DNA from: an uncultured Verrucomicrobiae bacterium
Lineage (GTDB): Bacteria > Verrucomicrobiota > Verrucomicrobiia > Chthoniobacterales > Chthoniobacteraceae
Direction of reading: 5' to 3'
Length of the DNA stretch: 64,000 nt
Assembly: GCA_963769025.1 (NCBI GenBank)
Contig: CAVYKI010000009.1
Span: 160,001 to 224,000, forward strand
The notes under the pieces are model-generated. The model was not told where the DNA came from. It did no database searches and saw nothing but the letters and a program-made list of their open reading frames with translations. Positions 40,956-50,727 of this stretch are shown here, one piece after another. Numbering within the stretch: the stretch's first letter is position 1; each line of letters begins with the position of its first letter. The position numbers and the translations under genes are program-made.

Positions 40956-42485
40956 CTACAGGTCTCCGCGGGAGTCTTCCAGATAGCTGGCGATATCCCA
41001 ACCGGCGATTCCGGCGTTGTTCCCGAGGGCTTCGTCGTAGTGGAAGCCTCCGTTGCCGCCTCCGTTGATGCGGAAATTCTTCACCACAAAGGATCCTGTA
41101 GTGTCCACGGTTCCGCTGAGCGTGGCCGTGTAGGCGGGGCCGTTGAAGTTCAGAATCTGGACGGCATTGCCCGATGCCGAGTAGGTCGCCGTGCTGGAGG
41201 TGGACACGCCGAAGATCGAGAGACGGGAGGCTACTTTGCTGCTGGTGGCGCCCGAGTTGATGTTGCCGTTGCCGAAGTCGATGTTCCCGTTCACCCAGAT
41301 GTTTGCATAGACGTTCGGCGGAATGGTGATCCCCGCGTTGCCGCCGTTGCCGGTGGCGAGGTTGCCGCTGACGATGATATCGATGTAGCCCGTCGTCGTA
41401 GCGAGCGGAGCGGTCACGGCGAAGGTGCCCAGGTTTCCCGTGATGGCGTAGCGCGTCGGGTTCGCCTTGGTCCCGGTGAGAAATGCCGCAGGACCACTCC
41501 CCGTGTAGGTCGTGGAAGTCCACGTCGGCGCCACGGGCACCGGGATTTCTTCGTCGAAGTCGCTCTTGATCCGGCTTTGGTCGATGCCGCTGTTTCCGGA
41601 GACGTTTTCGTGGGCGGCTGTCGCCGGATCGTCGCCGCCGTTCGTCGTCACCTCGCCTTTGACGACTGCGCCGTTGGCGGCGATCAAGGGCCCGTACGGT
41701 GACGAGGCGGGATTCTCCTTGGCGGTGGCGACATTGCCGTTCGATTGAATCTTGCTGCTGCCCGATCCGGGGTAAATGCCGCCCGCAGTGGTTCCCGGGC
41801 TCGACTTTAACAGGTCCTGCGAGTCGAAGCTGTCCACTTCCCAGTTGGAACTGTTGCCGAGGACGATGTCATTGACCGAGGTGATGGCGCGGCTGGAACG
41901 ATAGCGGGGGCGGACGACGATTTCGACCGTCCGGGTGACGTGCGGGTCCGGGAGCCCGGCGGAGGTTTTCGCGCCGAGCTTCATGCGGCGCAATTCCGTA
42001 TCGCGCGGGTCCTCGGAGACAAACCTGCCGGGAAGGTCGGCCCTTGCCGTGGAGCGGATGCGGTACCACGGATTGGCGGTGGGCGTGAGTCCCGTTCCTT
42101 CGCGGGTGAGGACATCCACGGCGATTTTCGTGACGCGAACATTATTCGGGCCGCCGATGACGGGCAGGTTCGCGGCGGCGAGCGTACGTTCGCCATTGGT
42201 CGCGAAATTCACGGGATCGGTGAGCGTCCACCCACTCGCCGTCCAAGGATAGGCATCCGGAACCGACGTGCTGGCAGTCCAGCTGTTGAGCGTGTTGATG
42301 ACCGTGTCCGCCCCGGCTTCCGCGCCATGCAGCGCTTCCTGCCATGCGACGGCCTGGTGGGTGCCGCGCAGTTTCGGGACGATGCCTTGGAAGTACGCCG
42401 CGACGGAGGCGGCGAGGCAGGCGGTGATCAGCAGGACGACAATCAGCGTGCTGCCCTGGTTTTTTGGGAATGTGCGCATTTTCAT
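40956..42485 (-). CDS. PilX-like protein with a Gly/Asn/Thr-rich beta-strand C-terminal domain
   Basis: KNQG|STLIVVLLI leader lacking E5; A...AEAG motif; C-terminal GFHYDEAL...W. Confidence 0.7.
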   Translation of the reverse strand: MKMRTFPKNQGSTLIVVLLITACLAASVAAYFQGIVPKLRGTHQAVAWQEALHGAEAGADTVINTLNSWTASTSVPDAYPWTASGWTLTDPVNFATNGERTLAAANLPVIGGPNNVRVTKIAVDVLTREGTGLTPTANPWYRIRSTARADLPGRFVSEDPRDTELRRMKLGAKTSAGLPDPHVTRTVEIVVRPRYRSSRAITSVNDIVLGNSSNWEVDSFDSQDLLKSSPGTTAGGIYPGSGSSKIQSNGNVATAKENPASSPYGPLIAANGAVVKGEVTTNGGDDPATAAHENVSGNSGIDQSRIKSDFDEEIPVPVAPTWTSTTYTGSGPAAFLTGTKANPTRYAITGNLGTFAVTAPLATTTGYIDIIVSGNLATGNGGNAGITIPPNVYANIWVNGNIDFGNGNINSGATSSKVASRLSIFGVSTSSTATYSASGNAVQILNFNGPAYTATLSGTVDTTGSFVVKNFRINGGGNGGFHYDEALGNNAGIAGWDIASYLEDSRGDL

Positions 42486-42486
42486 G

Positions 42487-43302
42487 TCAGTCGCGGCGGG
42501 GGTTGCGGATTTTCACCTCCACCACGGCGGTGGTCGGTGCGGTGGTGGCTCCGGTGAGGCGGAACCGGGGGGTGAATGAGGACTCCAGGCGGATGGTCTT
42601 GCCGCCATTGAGGCCGCTGACCGCCACGGTGCATGTGGACGTGCTGTCGGTGATGCGCTCGGCGATCTCCCGTGTGGAACTCGGGCTCGTGGCGCCCGAC
42701 GGGTATTCGCTGCGGAGGAAGCACTGGGTCGCATCGGTCGTGGACCGCTGCCCGGTGTAATAGCGGATCTGAAGTTCCCCGGTGCCCGCGCTCACGGGCG
42801 CAAACCGCGTGACGGCCTTGCCGCTGACGGTGGTCTGGGCTTCAGACCACGGGACGATGCCGTTGAGCAGCGGATTGGCGTTGAGGTTGAAAAGCGAGGA
42901 CGTATTGAGCGTGGCCCGCGAGTAGCGCGAGGACTTGTAGGTCGAACCGCCGCTGTTGTTCGGAGTGTTTGATCCGTAGGAATCCGGGACGTGGATGACC
43001 AGGATCGTGGAGCCGCTCACGGTGTAGGCCGTGGCACCGGTGTCCTTGATCGGGGTCGCGGTGCCGCCGGTGAGAACGCTCACGCGCAACGCGCGGCGGA
43101 GATCGACGGTGATCGCGTCAATCATGCGATTCGTGTTGGCCACGCCGACCATGTACTGATCGGTGGCGGTGATGTTTTTGCCGATGCTCATGGACGAGTA
43201 AACGAGCACGCCCATCGCGGTCAGCGCGATGGGAAGGGCGGCCATCAGGTCCACGAGGAGGGCACCGCTCTCCTTCCGGGACTTCAATTTCATGAGTTTC
43301 AT
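42487..43302 (-). CDS. PilW-like minor pilin
   Basis: RKESG|ALLVDLMAAL hydrophobic helix, DLRRA, C-terminal KIRN. Confidence 0.65.
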   Translation of the reverse strand: MKLMKLKSRKESGALLVDLMAALPIALTAMGVLVYSSMSIGKNITATDQYMVGVANTNRMIDAITVDLRRALRVSVLTGGTATPIKDTGATAYTVSGSTILVIHVPDSYGSNTPNNSGGSTYKSSRYSRATLNTSSLFNLNANPLLNGIVPWSEAQTTVSGKAVTRFAPVSAGTGELQIRYYTGQRSTTDATQCFLRSEYPSGATSPSSTREIAERITDSTSTCTVAVSGLNGGKTIRLESSFTPRFRLTGATTAPTTAVVEVKIRNPRRD

Positions 43303-43305
43303 GTG

Positions 43306-43794
43306 CTACAGGCCTCCTTTTGCGATGATGGTGGAAAGCTGCTTGGTGCTCTGCGCCGTGGCGCTGGTCGGCCATGTCGCGGTGACGGTCACTTTCACAA
43401 GGGTGACGATCGGCAGCGTCACGCCGTTGTTGGTGATGCTCCCCGACGCGGAACGGGTGACCACCAGTGCGCTCCCAGTCGGGTAAGGCTGCACCGTGAA
43501 GACTTCCACGGCCCCCGGGAAATTTGCGGCGACCGCACTCGCGGAGCTCATGAGCGATGCGATCCCCGCCGAGGTGGTGATATTGGTCCACGCAGTCGCC
43601 TGCCGGAAAGTCTCGATGCGCTGCTGGACCATCTGACTGGCGGATGAGACCGCCTTGCCTGATCGCGCAATCTTCGTTGCCTGATTGACCGAGGTCGTGA
43701 GGCCGGCGAGGGAAGCGACCGTGACACCCACGGCGACGACGGTCTCCACGAGTGAGATGCCCGCCTGACGGCGGCGGCTGAAGAGCGGTTTCAT
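43306..43794 (-). CDS. PilV-like prepilin
   Basis: RRRQAG|ISLVETVVAV class III signal with E5; VTVTATW. Confidence 0.8.
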   Translation of the reverse strand: MKPLFSRRRQAGISLVETVVAVGVTVASLAGLTTSVNQATKIARSGKAVSSASQMVQQRIETFRQATAWTNITTSAGIASLMSSASAVAANFPGAVEVFTVQPYPTGSALVVTRSASGSITNNGVTLPIVTLVKVTVTATWPTSATAQSTKQLSTIIAKGGL

Positions 43795-44499
43795 AGGACG
43801 GTAATTGAGGTATGCGGTGATCTCAGGGGCCGGTCGGTCCCATGGGGTGCGTTGTTGGGACGGTAAACATAATCATTTTATAGCAGCTATAATGCCAGTG
43901 GGCTGCGCGAGCGCCTGCCCTCTCGGCCCCGTTTTGACGGAGGCCGTTTGCCGGGCTGTGGATTGCGCCCGTCGCAAGGGAAAGCCAAAGCCTGCGGACG
44001 CTGCGAGGGACGCCGGAAAGAATGGCAGCAGCGATGCTTGGCGTGACGCAGCAGCGAGCCGCTTCCCCGAGGACGGGATGGGTCAAATCTCAACGACCGT
44101 TACTGGGTCAGTTTTGCACGAGCGTTGATACCGCCGACCCCGAAATGGGGCGAACTGGATGCTCTCTATTACGTTATCCCGCCGCATTTCCGCGCAGCCC
44201 CGGTGTTTGTCCTTCTGTCTTGCCACCTCGGGCAGGAGGAAAAGCGCGTTGCCAAAGCGGTGCTGTGCGGGACGGTTCTCGCCAGGACATTCAGGTAGCA
44301 CTGTCCCCTGTGCCGGAGTGATAGCAGCTAAGGGTGTTGCCGGAGGGCGGATTCGCTCCGTCCGCTTGTTGGGGGGAAATTGCAGTTCGCAGACAGTGGC
44401 GGACAAGTACGGAAAACAGCGGATGAGTTTGACTTCCGTTTCGAACTCCAGCCGTTTTCTAGGTTCTTTTATTCGTAAGTCCCTCTGGCGGAGGAGGGG

Positions 44500-44570
44500 A
44501 GCGGGTAGAGGGAATCGAACCCTCGTATGCAGCTTGGGAAGCTGCCGTTCTACCATTGAACTACACCCGC
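44500..44570 (-). tRNA. tRNA-Gly (CCC)
   Basis: GCGGGTGTAGTTCAATGGTAGAACGGCAGCTTCCCAAGCTGCATACGAGGGTTCGATTCCCTCTACCCGCT; CCA not encoded. Confidence 0.97.
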
Positions 44571-44589
44571 ATTTTGCGCCTGATTCGCA

Positions 44590-45294
44590 CTATTGCCAGG
44601 AAACGATGTCGTCCGGTGCTTCGCCGGAGCTGGGTTTGCGGAACTGGCCTTCGTAGCCTTTTCCGCCACGCTTGTTGTCCTTACCCATGGAAAAAGATGC
44701 GGCTGCGACGCGAATGACAGACTGGCTCCCAGCGAGGTCCGAGTAAAACTTGCTCATGTCGATCGTCCCGGCGTCGGCGGCGTCGAGGATGATGCAGTAT
44801 TGCGCGCCCCACGGGTCCATCAGCTGGCCTTGGTTCTTGGTAAACTCATTGCCGTCCACGAAGCCATCGCGCGGATTGCTGGGGTCTTTCGCCTTGCCCA
44901 TTTCGAAATATTTTTGCTGACGCTTGTTCATCGCGTACAGGTTGTTCACGCCGCGGTTGATGGAGCGGAGGATGTCGAAAAGGTTGTCGTTCGTGACCGC
45001 GCAGCCTCCTGCGCTGGTGTCCCCGTAGGCGTAGTAACCGCTGGCATTCACGTTTCCGACAAGCGCGGACTGCACGGGCGGGAACTTGCCGTAGTCGTTG
45101 TAGTAGCTCTTGGAGGCGTTGACGATATTGCGGACGGCGGTGCTTGCAGCGGCGCGGCGCGCTTGTTCCTTGGCTCCTGAAAGCGCGGGAAAAAGGAGGC
45201 CCATGAGGATCGCGATGATGGCGATCACCGTCAGCAGTTCGATGAGGGTGAATGCAGCAAGCGGCGACTGGCGGTGGGAGGTGCGGGCGCTCAT
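44590..45294 (-). CDS. Prepilin-type N-methylation domain protein (GspG-like)
   Basis: AFTLIELLTVIAIIAILMGLLFPAL, YYNDYGKFP, DPWG..Y, DDIVSW. Confidence 0.9.
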   Translation of the reverse strand: MSARTSHRQSPLAAFTLIELLTVIAIIAILMGLLFPALSGAKEQARRAAASTAVRNIVNASKSYYNDYGKFPPVQSALVGNVNASGYYAYGDTSAGGCAVTNDNLFDILRSINRGVNNLYAMNKRQQKYFEMGKAKDPSNPRDGFVDGNEFTKNQGQLMDPWGAQYCIILDAADAGTIDMSKFYSDLAGSQSVIRVAAASFSMGKDNKRGGKGYEGQFRKPSSGEAPDDIVSWQ

Positions 45295-45387
45295 GGTGGG
45301 TTCGGACGGAGCAAGCTACCGGGGTGGCCGGTCGTGACAACTAAAATTCCGGCGGTCAACGGAATGTCATCTGCCGGAAGAATCCGC

Positions 45388-45415
45388 TTGCGCACGCGGG
45401 ACGGCGCGATAGCTT
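45388..45415 (+). promoter_or_regulatory. Candidate sigma70-type promoter for the small basic protein
   Basis: TTGCGC-16 nt-TAGCTT about 35 bp upstream of the ATG. Confidence 0.3.
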
Positions 45416-45449
45416 CGCGGCCCTTTTTCCAAATACCCGACCCTTTCCC

Positions 45450-45605
45450 ATGTCTCAACATCGCAGTCTCAAAGGTGCCGCCACGATCGCGGCAAAGCGT
45501 AATGTCCTCAAGCGTTTCGAACGCGTGGAAGTGCTCAAGAAGCGCGGCCAGTGGAAGGCGGGCGACAAGGTGATCGCCCTCCGGAAGACGAAGCCGGACG
45601 CGTAG
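45450..45605 (+). CDS. Small basic protein of the PVC signature type (51 aa, absent from ORF track)
   Basis: MSQHRSLKGAATIAAKRNVLKRFERVEVLKKRGQWKAGDKVIALRKTKPDA fits the MS.H.SL...RNVL.R.ER pattern. Confidence 0.88.
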   Translation: MSQHRSLKGAATIAAKRNVLKRFERVEVLKKRGQWKAGDKVIALRKTKPDA

Positions 45606-45635
45606 GCGAAACCGCACGGAGAATCGAGGCCGGGC

Positions 45636-46685
45636 TCAGCCTGCCCGGCATGCCCAGCGGAGCTTTGCAGCGCTGGAACGCGGATTGGAATGCTGCTCGG
45701 CTGGCGTCGGGCGGATGACTCCGTCGCTCACGGCGGCGTAGGTCCCTTCGCGGAGCCCGCCGTCGAAGGCTTTCTTCACGCGGCGATCCTCGCCCGAGTG
45801 AAAGGTCAGGATCGCGGCGCGACCGCCGGGTTTCAGGCAATCCGGCAGATGGCGCAGGAGCGTGTCGAGCGCGGAAAATTCGTCATTCACCGCGATGCGG
45901 AGCGCCTGGAACACGCGGCGGACCGAAGGCGTCACATCGGCGGGAATGACTCCCGAAAGTGCGGCGCGGATCGCGTGCGCAAGGCGGAGGGTGCGGGTGA
46001 TGTTCTTTCCGGCGAGGGCCGAGGCAAGCGCGGCAGCATGGGGCTCGTCGGCGTTTTCGGTGAGCAGCGTGGCGAGCGCTGCGGGGTTGATCTTTTCCAG
46101 CATCGCGGATGCGGGTTGTCCACGATGGGGATTCATCCGCATGTCGAGCGGGCCGTCGAGTTTCACGGAAAAGCCGCGCTCCGGATCGTCGATCTGCATC
46201 GACGAAACGCCCAGGTCCGCGAACACGATATCCGCGCCTGCGATGCCGTGGTCGGCCAGCGCCTGCGCGAGGCCGGCGAAGTTGCTTCGTTTCGCGATGA
46301 ATGATCCCGGGCCAAAACCCAGCTCGCGCAGCCGGGCCTCGGTCTTCGGAAGTTCAACGGGATCGGCGTCGAGCCCGAGCAGCAATCCTCCCGGCTGGAT
46401 GCGCGCGAGGAACTCCTGCGCGTGTCCGCCGTGCCCGAGCGTGCAATCCACCACGACATCGCCGTTTCGTGGCGCAAGCACATCGAGGATTTCCGCGACC
46501 ATGATCGGACGATGGGTGCCGGCGGGAGTTTTCCCGGAAGCGATCACTTTCGCGATGGTGTCCGCGTAGCGCTGCGGGTCGCGCTCTTTGTATTTGTCTT
46601 CGAAACGGCGCGGATTTTTCCCGGAGTAGCGTTTGCGGCGCTTGTGCGGAGTCGCCGGCGATTCGGGCGGGTCGTGTTCGGGCAT
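45636..46685 (-). CDS. rsmH: 16S rRNA m4C1402 methyltransferase RsmH-like, with a basic N-terminal extension
   Basis: H.PIMV.E, VDCTLGHGGH, DLGVSSMQID, PLDMRM, FQALRIAVN, TFHSGEDR, NPRSSAAKLR. Confidence 0.9.
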   Translation of the reverse strand: MPEHDPPESPATPHKRRKRYSGKNPRRFEDKYKERDPQRYADTIAKVIASGKTPAGTHRPIMVAEILDVLAPRNGDVVVDCTLGHGGHAQEFLARIQPGGLLLGLDADPVELPKTEARLRELGFGPGSFIAKRSNFAGLAQALADHGIAGADIVFADLGVSSMQIDDPERGFSVKLDGPLDMRMNPHRGQPASAMLEKINPAALATLLTENADEPHAAALASALAGKNITRTLRLAHAIRAALSGVIPADVTPSVRRVFQALRIAVNDEFSALDTLLRHLPDCLKPGGRAAILTFHSGEDRRVKKAFDGGLREGTYAAVSDGVIRPTPAEQHSNPRSSAAKLRWACRAG

Positions 46686-46867
46686 CGCGGTGAAGTGGAA
46701 GGGTGACCGAACGTAGGGCGGGAGACTGGTGAATCAATTCCGAGTGTCACGGCGGATTGTGTCCCTCCGGATGGGAACCGGATGAACACGCAAGTCCGAG
46801 GCGCATCTACGACGCAGCGTCGCGGCTCACGGATGCGGTCCCGCGACGCAGGGCTGACGGAACCTGC

Positions 46868-47383
46868 TCAGGAAACCTGCATCTGAGTCGCCAGCCACAG
46901 CACCGCGACCGCGGCGAGCGTCGCGACGATTCCGAGCGCGAGGACTGCGATGCCGGCGGTGTCCTTCTTCGCGACGCTCTTCTGAAAGGGCGACGCGTTC
47001 ATGAAGTTCGACGGCTTGATGCTCTTCGACGCCGCGGCGATCGCGCGGTCTTCATTCGATGGCAGTTCCTGCGCGCCAGCCTCCGCATGTTCAGGGTCGA
47101 AAATCGAGTCCACCTTTCCAAAGCGGATTTTGTCGCCGGGTTTCAATGTGTATTCGGTGTCCGGCTGGAGTTCACTGCCGTTGACCTTGGTGCCGTTTGT
47201 CGATCCCAGATCCTTGAGGAGAAAGATCCCTGCGGACGGTGCGATTTGCGCGTGGTGGCTCGAGACGCTCACGTCATCGATCGGGAAGACATTGTCCGGC
47301 GCGCGCCCGATCGTGAGGGTTTCTTCGGTCAGTTCGTGGTCAGTTTGCGAACCGTCGGGGCGAACGATCTGGAGCTTCGGCAT
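46868..47383 (-). CDS. FHA domain protein with C-terminal TM anchor
   Basis: [26 protein letters not shown]. Confidence 0.9.
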   Translation of the reverse strand: MPKLQIVRPDGSQTDHELTEETLTIGRAPDNVFPIDDVSVSSHHAQIAPSAGIFLLKDLGSTNGTKVNGSELQPDTEYTLKPGDKIRFGKVDSIFDPEHAEAGAQELPSNEDRAIAAASKSIKPSNFMNASPFQKSVAKKDTAGIAVLALGIVATLAAVAVLWLATQMQVS

Positions 47384-47434
47384 GGGAGGGAGATACTGCG
47401 GGGGTGACTTTCAGGAAAGGAGAAATCCGCGGCG

Positions 47435-48607
47435 CTATTTCACGCGGTCGATCAGCTCGGCGAACTGGCGGAAGAAATACGTCGCGTCGTTCGGGCCGGG
47501 CGCGGCCTCGGGGTGGTACTGCACGCTGAAAACCGGCAGCGACTTGTGCGCGCAGTCCCTCGACGGTCTGGTCGTTGAGGTTGATGTGCGTGACCTCGAC
47601 ATCCTGCGGCAGCGACTCGGCATCCACCGCGAAGCCGTGATTCTGCGAGGTGATCGTGACCTTGCCCGTGCGCGAGATCCTTCACCGGCTGGTTGCCGCC
47701 GCGGTGGCCAAACTTCAGCTTGAACGTCTTTCCGCCGACCGCGTAGCCGAGCATCTGGTGCCCGAGGCAGATGCCGAAGATCGGCGTGCGGCCCATGAGC
47801 TTGCGGATGTTTTCGTGGACGTAGGTGAGCGCCGCGGGATCGCCGGGGCCGTTGGAAAGGAAGACGCCGTCGGGCTTCAGCGCGAGCACGTCCTCGGCGG
47901 ACGAAATTCGCGGGCACGACGCTGCACCTGGAAACCTTCCTGCCGCAGCCGGCGCAGGATGTTCGTCTTCATTCCGAAATCATACGCGACGATTTTGTGA
48001 CGCACCGGCGGGAGCTTCTTGAAGACCTCGTTGCCCTCGCGGATTTCCACGCCCGAGCCGTCGCCCTTCACGATCGTCCACTCCGGCGACAGCGTGTCCG
48101 TCCGGATCCCAATCGAATGCTGCCGCGGGCGTCACCTCTTTCACAAAATCCGAGCCCGCCATCGGCGGCGCGCCCTTGGCCCGCGCGATGGCCGCGTCCG
48201 ACATCGAGTCTCGCTCGTGAGGCACGCCTGCATCGCGCCGCGCGAGCGCAGGTGCTTGGTCAGCGCGCGGGTGTCGACGCCCTGGATGCCGGGGATTTTC
48301 CACTTCGCAGATAGTCGTGAGGTCGCCGGTCGAGCGCCAGTTGCTCGGGATGGCGGACAGTTCCTCGATCACAAAGCCGCGCACGTGCGGCTGCAGCGCT
48401 CTCGTCGTCGAGCGCATTGATGCCGTAGTTGCCGATCTGCGGCGCAGTCATCGCGACGATCTGTCCGCGATACGAGGGATCGGTGAGCACCTCCTGGTAT
48501 CCGGTCATCGAGGTGTTGAAACAGACCTCGCCGACCGCGGTCCCGGGAGCACCAAAGGATTCACCGATAAAGTGACGGCCATCTTCGAGAGCAAGGACAG
48601 AGCGCAT
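47435..48607 (-). CDS. carA: Carbamoyl-phosphate synthase small subunit (multiple frameshifts)
   Basis: [68 protein letters not shown] across several frames. Confidence 0.93.
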
Positions 48608-48737
48608 GAGCGCGCGGAACATGCGCAGCCGTGCGGAAAGTGCGAAGAAAAAACTCGCGGAAAATTTGCAGCCCTCGCGCGGGTGCGTAGCGCGGGCAAT
48701 CCTGCCCGCCGGGGGAGGTCGCGTTCGTGGTCACCCT

Positions 48738-48977
48738 CTACCCCTTGTTCGCCACGATCCAGTCGAGCGCCTTCTGGTAGCTCTGCCGCTGGAGATAGTG
48801 CGCGAAGTCGCCCGGAACGGGGCGGGGGAGCGCGGCACCGAGCTGCGTGATCCTCTCCGACACCGCCTTCAGCTTTTCCAAATGCGCCGCCGGATCGCGC
48901 TCGTAAAAGGCGCGGTCGGCGATCACCGCGAGGCGTTCGCGCAGCGCGTCGGCGAGTTCGTCGTAGAGGTCGGGCAT
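48738..48977 (-). CDS. Small hypothetical protein (79 aa)
   Basis: Helical composition, tight coupling to the upstream oxidoreductase, HYLQRQSYQKAL ending. Confidence 0.65.
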   Translation of the reverse strand: MPDLYDELADALRERLAVIADRAFYERDPAAHLEKLKAVSERITQLGAALPRPVPGDFAHYLQRQSYQKALDWIVANKG

Positions 48978-48983
48978 GGTGTG

Positions 48984-50063
48984 TTATTCGATTTGGATCG
49001 CCGCGGCCTGCGCCTGCAACGACAGCTCGGCGGCGAGGAATGCGTGCTCCTGCGTCATCGCATTCTCGGTGCGGTTCAGGCAGTCGAGGATGAGCTGGCC
49101 GAAATACGGGAAGCCCACTTCGCCGTGGCAGCGGATGTGATGCTCGCCCTTGTTGTCCACGAGGAAAAGGTGATCGCCCTCCGCCTCCGTCGCGACGTTC
49201 AGATACTTCCGCACCTCGATGTAGCCCTCGGTGCCGAGGATGAACGTCCGCCCGTCGCCCCACGTGCGCAGGCCCTGCGGATTCAGCCAGTCCACGCGCA
49301 CGTAATTCGTCGCCCCGTTGTCCGCGATGAGGTTCGCCTGCCCCCAGTCCTCGAACTCCGCGTATTGCTTGTGGTGATAATTCGCCACCGCCGCATGCAC
49401 GATGCGCGCGCTCTTCGCCCCCGTGTAGGTGAGGAACTGCTCGAACTGATGGCTCCCGAGATCGATCAGGATGCCGCCGCATTTCTCGCGGCTCCAAAAC
49501 CACGGCGGGCGCGTGCCCGGATTGCTCCGGTGCGGCCCCATGCCCATCACCTGCACCACGCGGCCGATCGCCCCCTGCTCGATGAGCTGCCCCGCGCGGA
49601 TGCTCGCCTCCACGTGCAGCCGTTCCGAAAAATACACCGCATACTTTTTCCCCGTGCGTTTCACCGCCGCACGCGCCCCGTCGAGCTGCGCCAACGTCGT
49701 GAACGGTGCCTTGTCGGTAAAGTAATCCTTCCCCGCCTCCAGCACGCGGCATCCCAGCGGCCCGCGATCGCTCGGCACCGCCGCCGAAGCCACGAGCTGC
49801 ACGTCGCGTTGCGCGAGCACCTCGTCCATCGAGCGAAGCGCCTTCGCCGCCGGATATTTTTCCCGGAATTTCTCCACCTTCGCCGCATCCGGATCGAACA
49901 CATACCGGCACTCGCCGCCCGCCTCCGTGAGCCCCTGGCATTGCCCGTAGATGTGCCCGTGGTCGAGCGCCGCCGCCGCGAAGACAAACTCCCCCGGCTT
50001 CACCACCGGCGAAGGTTTCCCCACCGGCGCGTAATTCATTCCGTCTGATTTTTGGTGTGCCAT
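48984..50063 (-). CDS. Gfo/Idh/MocA family oxidoreductase
   Basis: LDHGHIY, GKDYFTDKAP, GGILIDLGSHQ, GTEGYIE. Confidence 0.88.
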   Translation of the reverse strand: MAHQKSDGMNYAPVGKPSPVVKPGEFVFAAAALDHGHIYGQCQGLTEAGGECRYVFDPDAAKVEKFREKYPAAKALRSMDEVLAQRDVQLVASAAVPSDRGPLGCRVLEAGKDYFTDKAPFTTLAQLDGARAAVKRTGKKYAVYFSERLHVEASIRAGQLIEQGAIGRVVQVMGMGPHRSNPGTRPPWFWSREKCGGILIDLGSHQFEQFLTYTGAKSARIVHAAVANYHHKQYAEFEDWGQANLIADNGATNYVRVDWLNPQGLRTWGDGRTFILGTEGYIEVRKYLNVATEAEGDHLFLVDNKGEHHIRCHGEVGFPYFGQLILDCLNRTENAMTQEHAFLAAELSLQAQAAAIQIE

Positions 50064-50353
50064 GTCGTGCCGCGGAAAATGAACGCCCCTCCCGCGAATT
50101 GCAACGCGGCGCTGCGGCAGTCCGGCATTCGTAAAAAGCTGGCCCGTCGCAAACCCGCCCGACCCATCCCGTCCCGGATGCCGCCCTCTCCACCTCATCC
50201 CGACGCATTTCGGCATCGTCAAATCGGGGAGCCGGATGGTCACGGGAAGGTGCGAAACCATCCCGCCCCGCTTCGACACGAATCCGTGGCGAAACTGGAT
50301 GGCTTTGATGACGAACCGAATCATCCAGTCGTGGAATGGGATGTTTCAGACAG

Positions 50354-50707
50354 GGAACTGGATCGTTCAGTCGCGGAACTGGATCGTTCAGTCGTGGAAC
50401 TGAATCGTTCAGTCGTGGAACTGGATCGTTCAGTCGCGGAACTGAATCGTTCAGTCGTGGAACTGGATCGTTCAGTCGCGGAACTGGATCGTTCAGTCGT
50501 GGAACTGAATCGTTCAGTCGCGGAACTGGATCGTTCAGTCGCGGAACTGGATCGTTCAGTCGCGGAACTGGAATCGTTCAGTCGCGGAACTGGATCGTTC
50601 AGTCGCGGAACTGGATCGTTCAGTCGCGGAACTGAATCGTTCAGTCGCGGAACTGGATCGTTCAGTCGCGGAACTGGATCGTTCGGTCGCGGAACTGGAT
50701 CGTTCGG
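50354..50707. repeat. Tandem array of about 17 x 21-bp units GGAACTGRATCGTTCAGTCGY
   Basis: 16 full units and one partial, counted directly; unit 11 has one extra base; degenerate units extend upstream to about 50285. Confidence 0.97.
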
Positions 50708-50727
50708 ACAAGGAGCCAAATGACCGG

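Noticed and set aside
44461..44570. Prophage or integrative element at tRNA-Gly
   Set aside because: No integrase, phage genes or duplicated tRNA 3' end were seen in the window
43805..44656. ORFs in the region between the pilV-like gene and tRNA-Gly
   Set aside because: They have no recognisable motifs and atypical composition, and two of them overlap the tRNA
47435..48607. carA (and argF, ppc) as pseudogenes or programmed frameshifts
   Set aside because: All catalytic motifs are intact, no slippery-site pattern is apparent, and neighbouring genes share the same indel noise
50354..50707. CRISPR or spacer-containing guide array
   Set aside because: Units are contiguous and near-identical, with no unique spacers and no cas genes in the window
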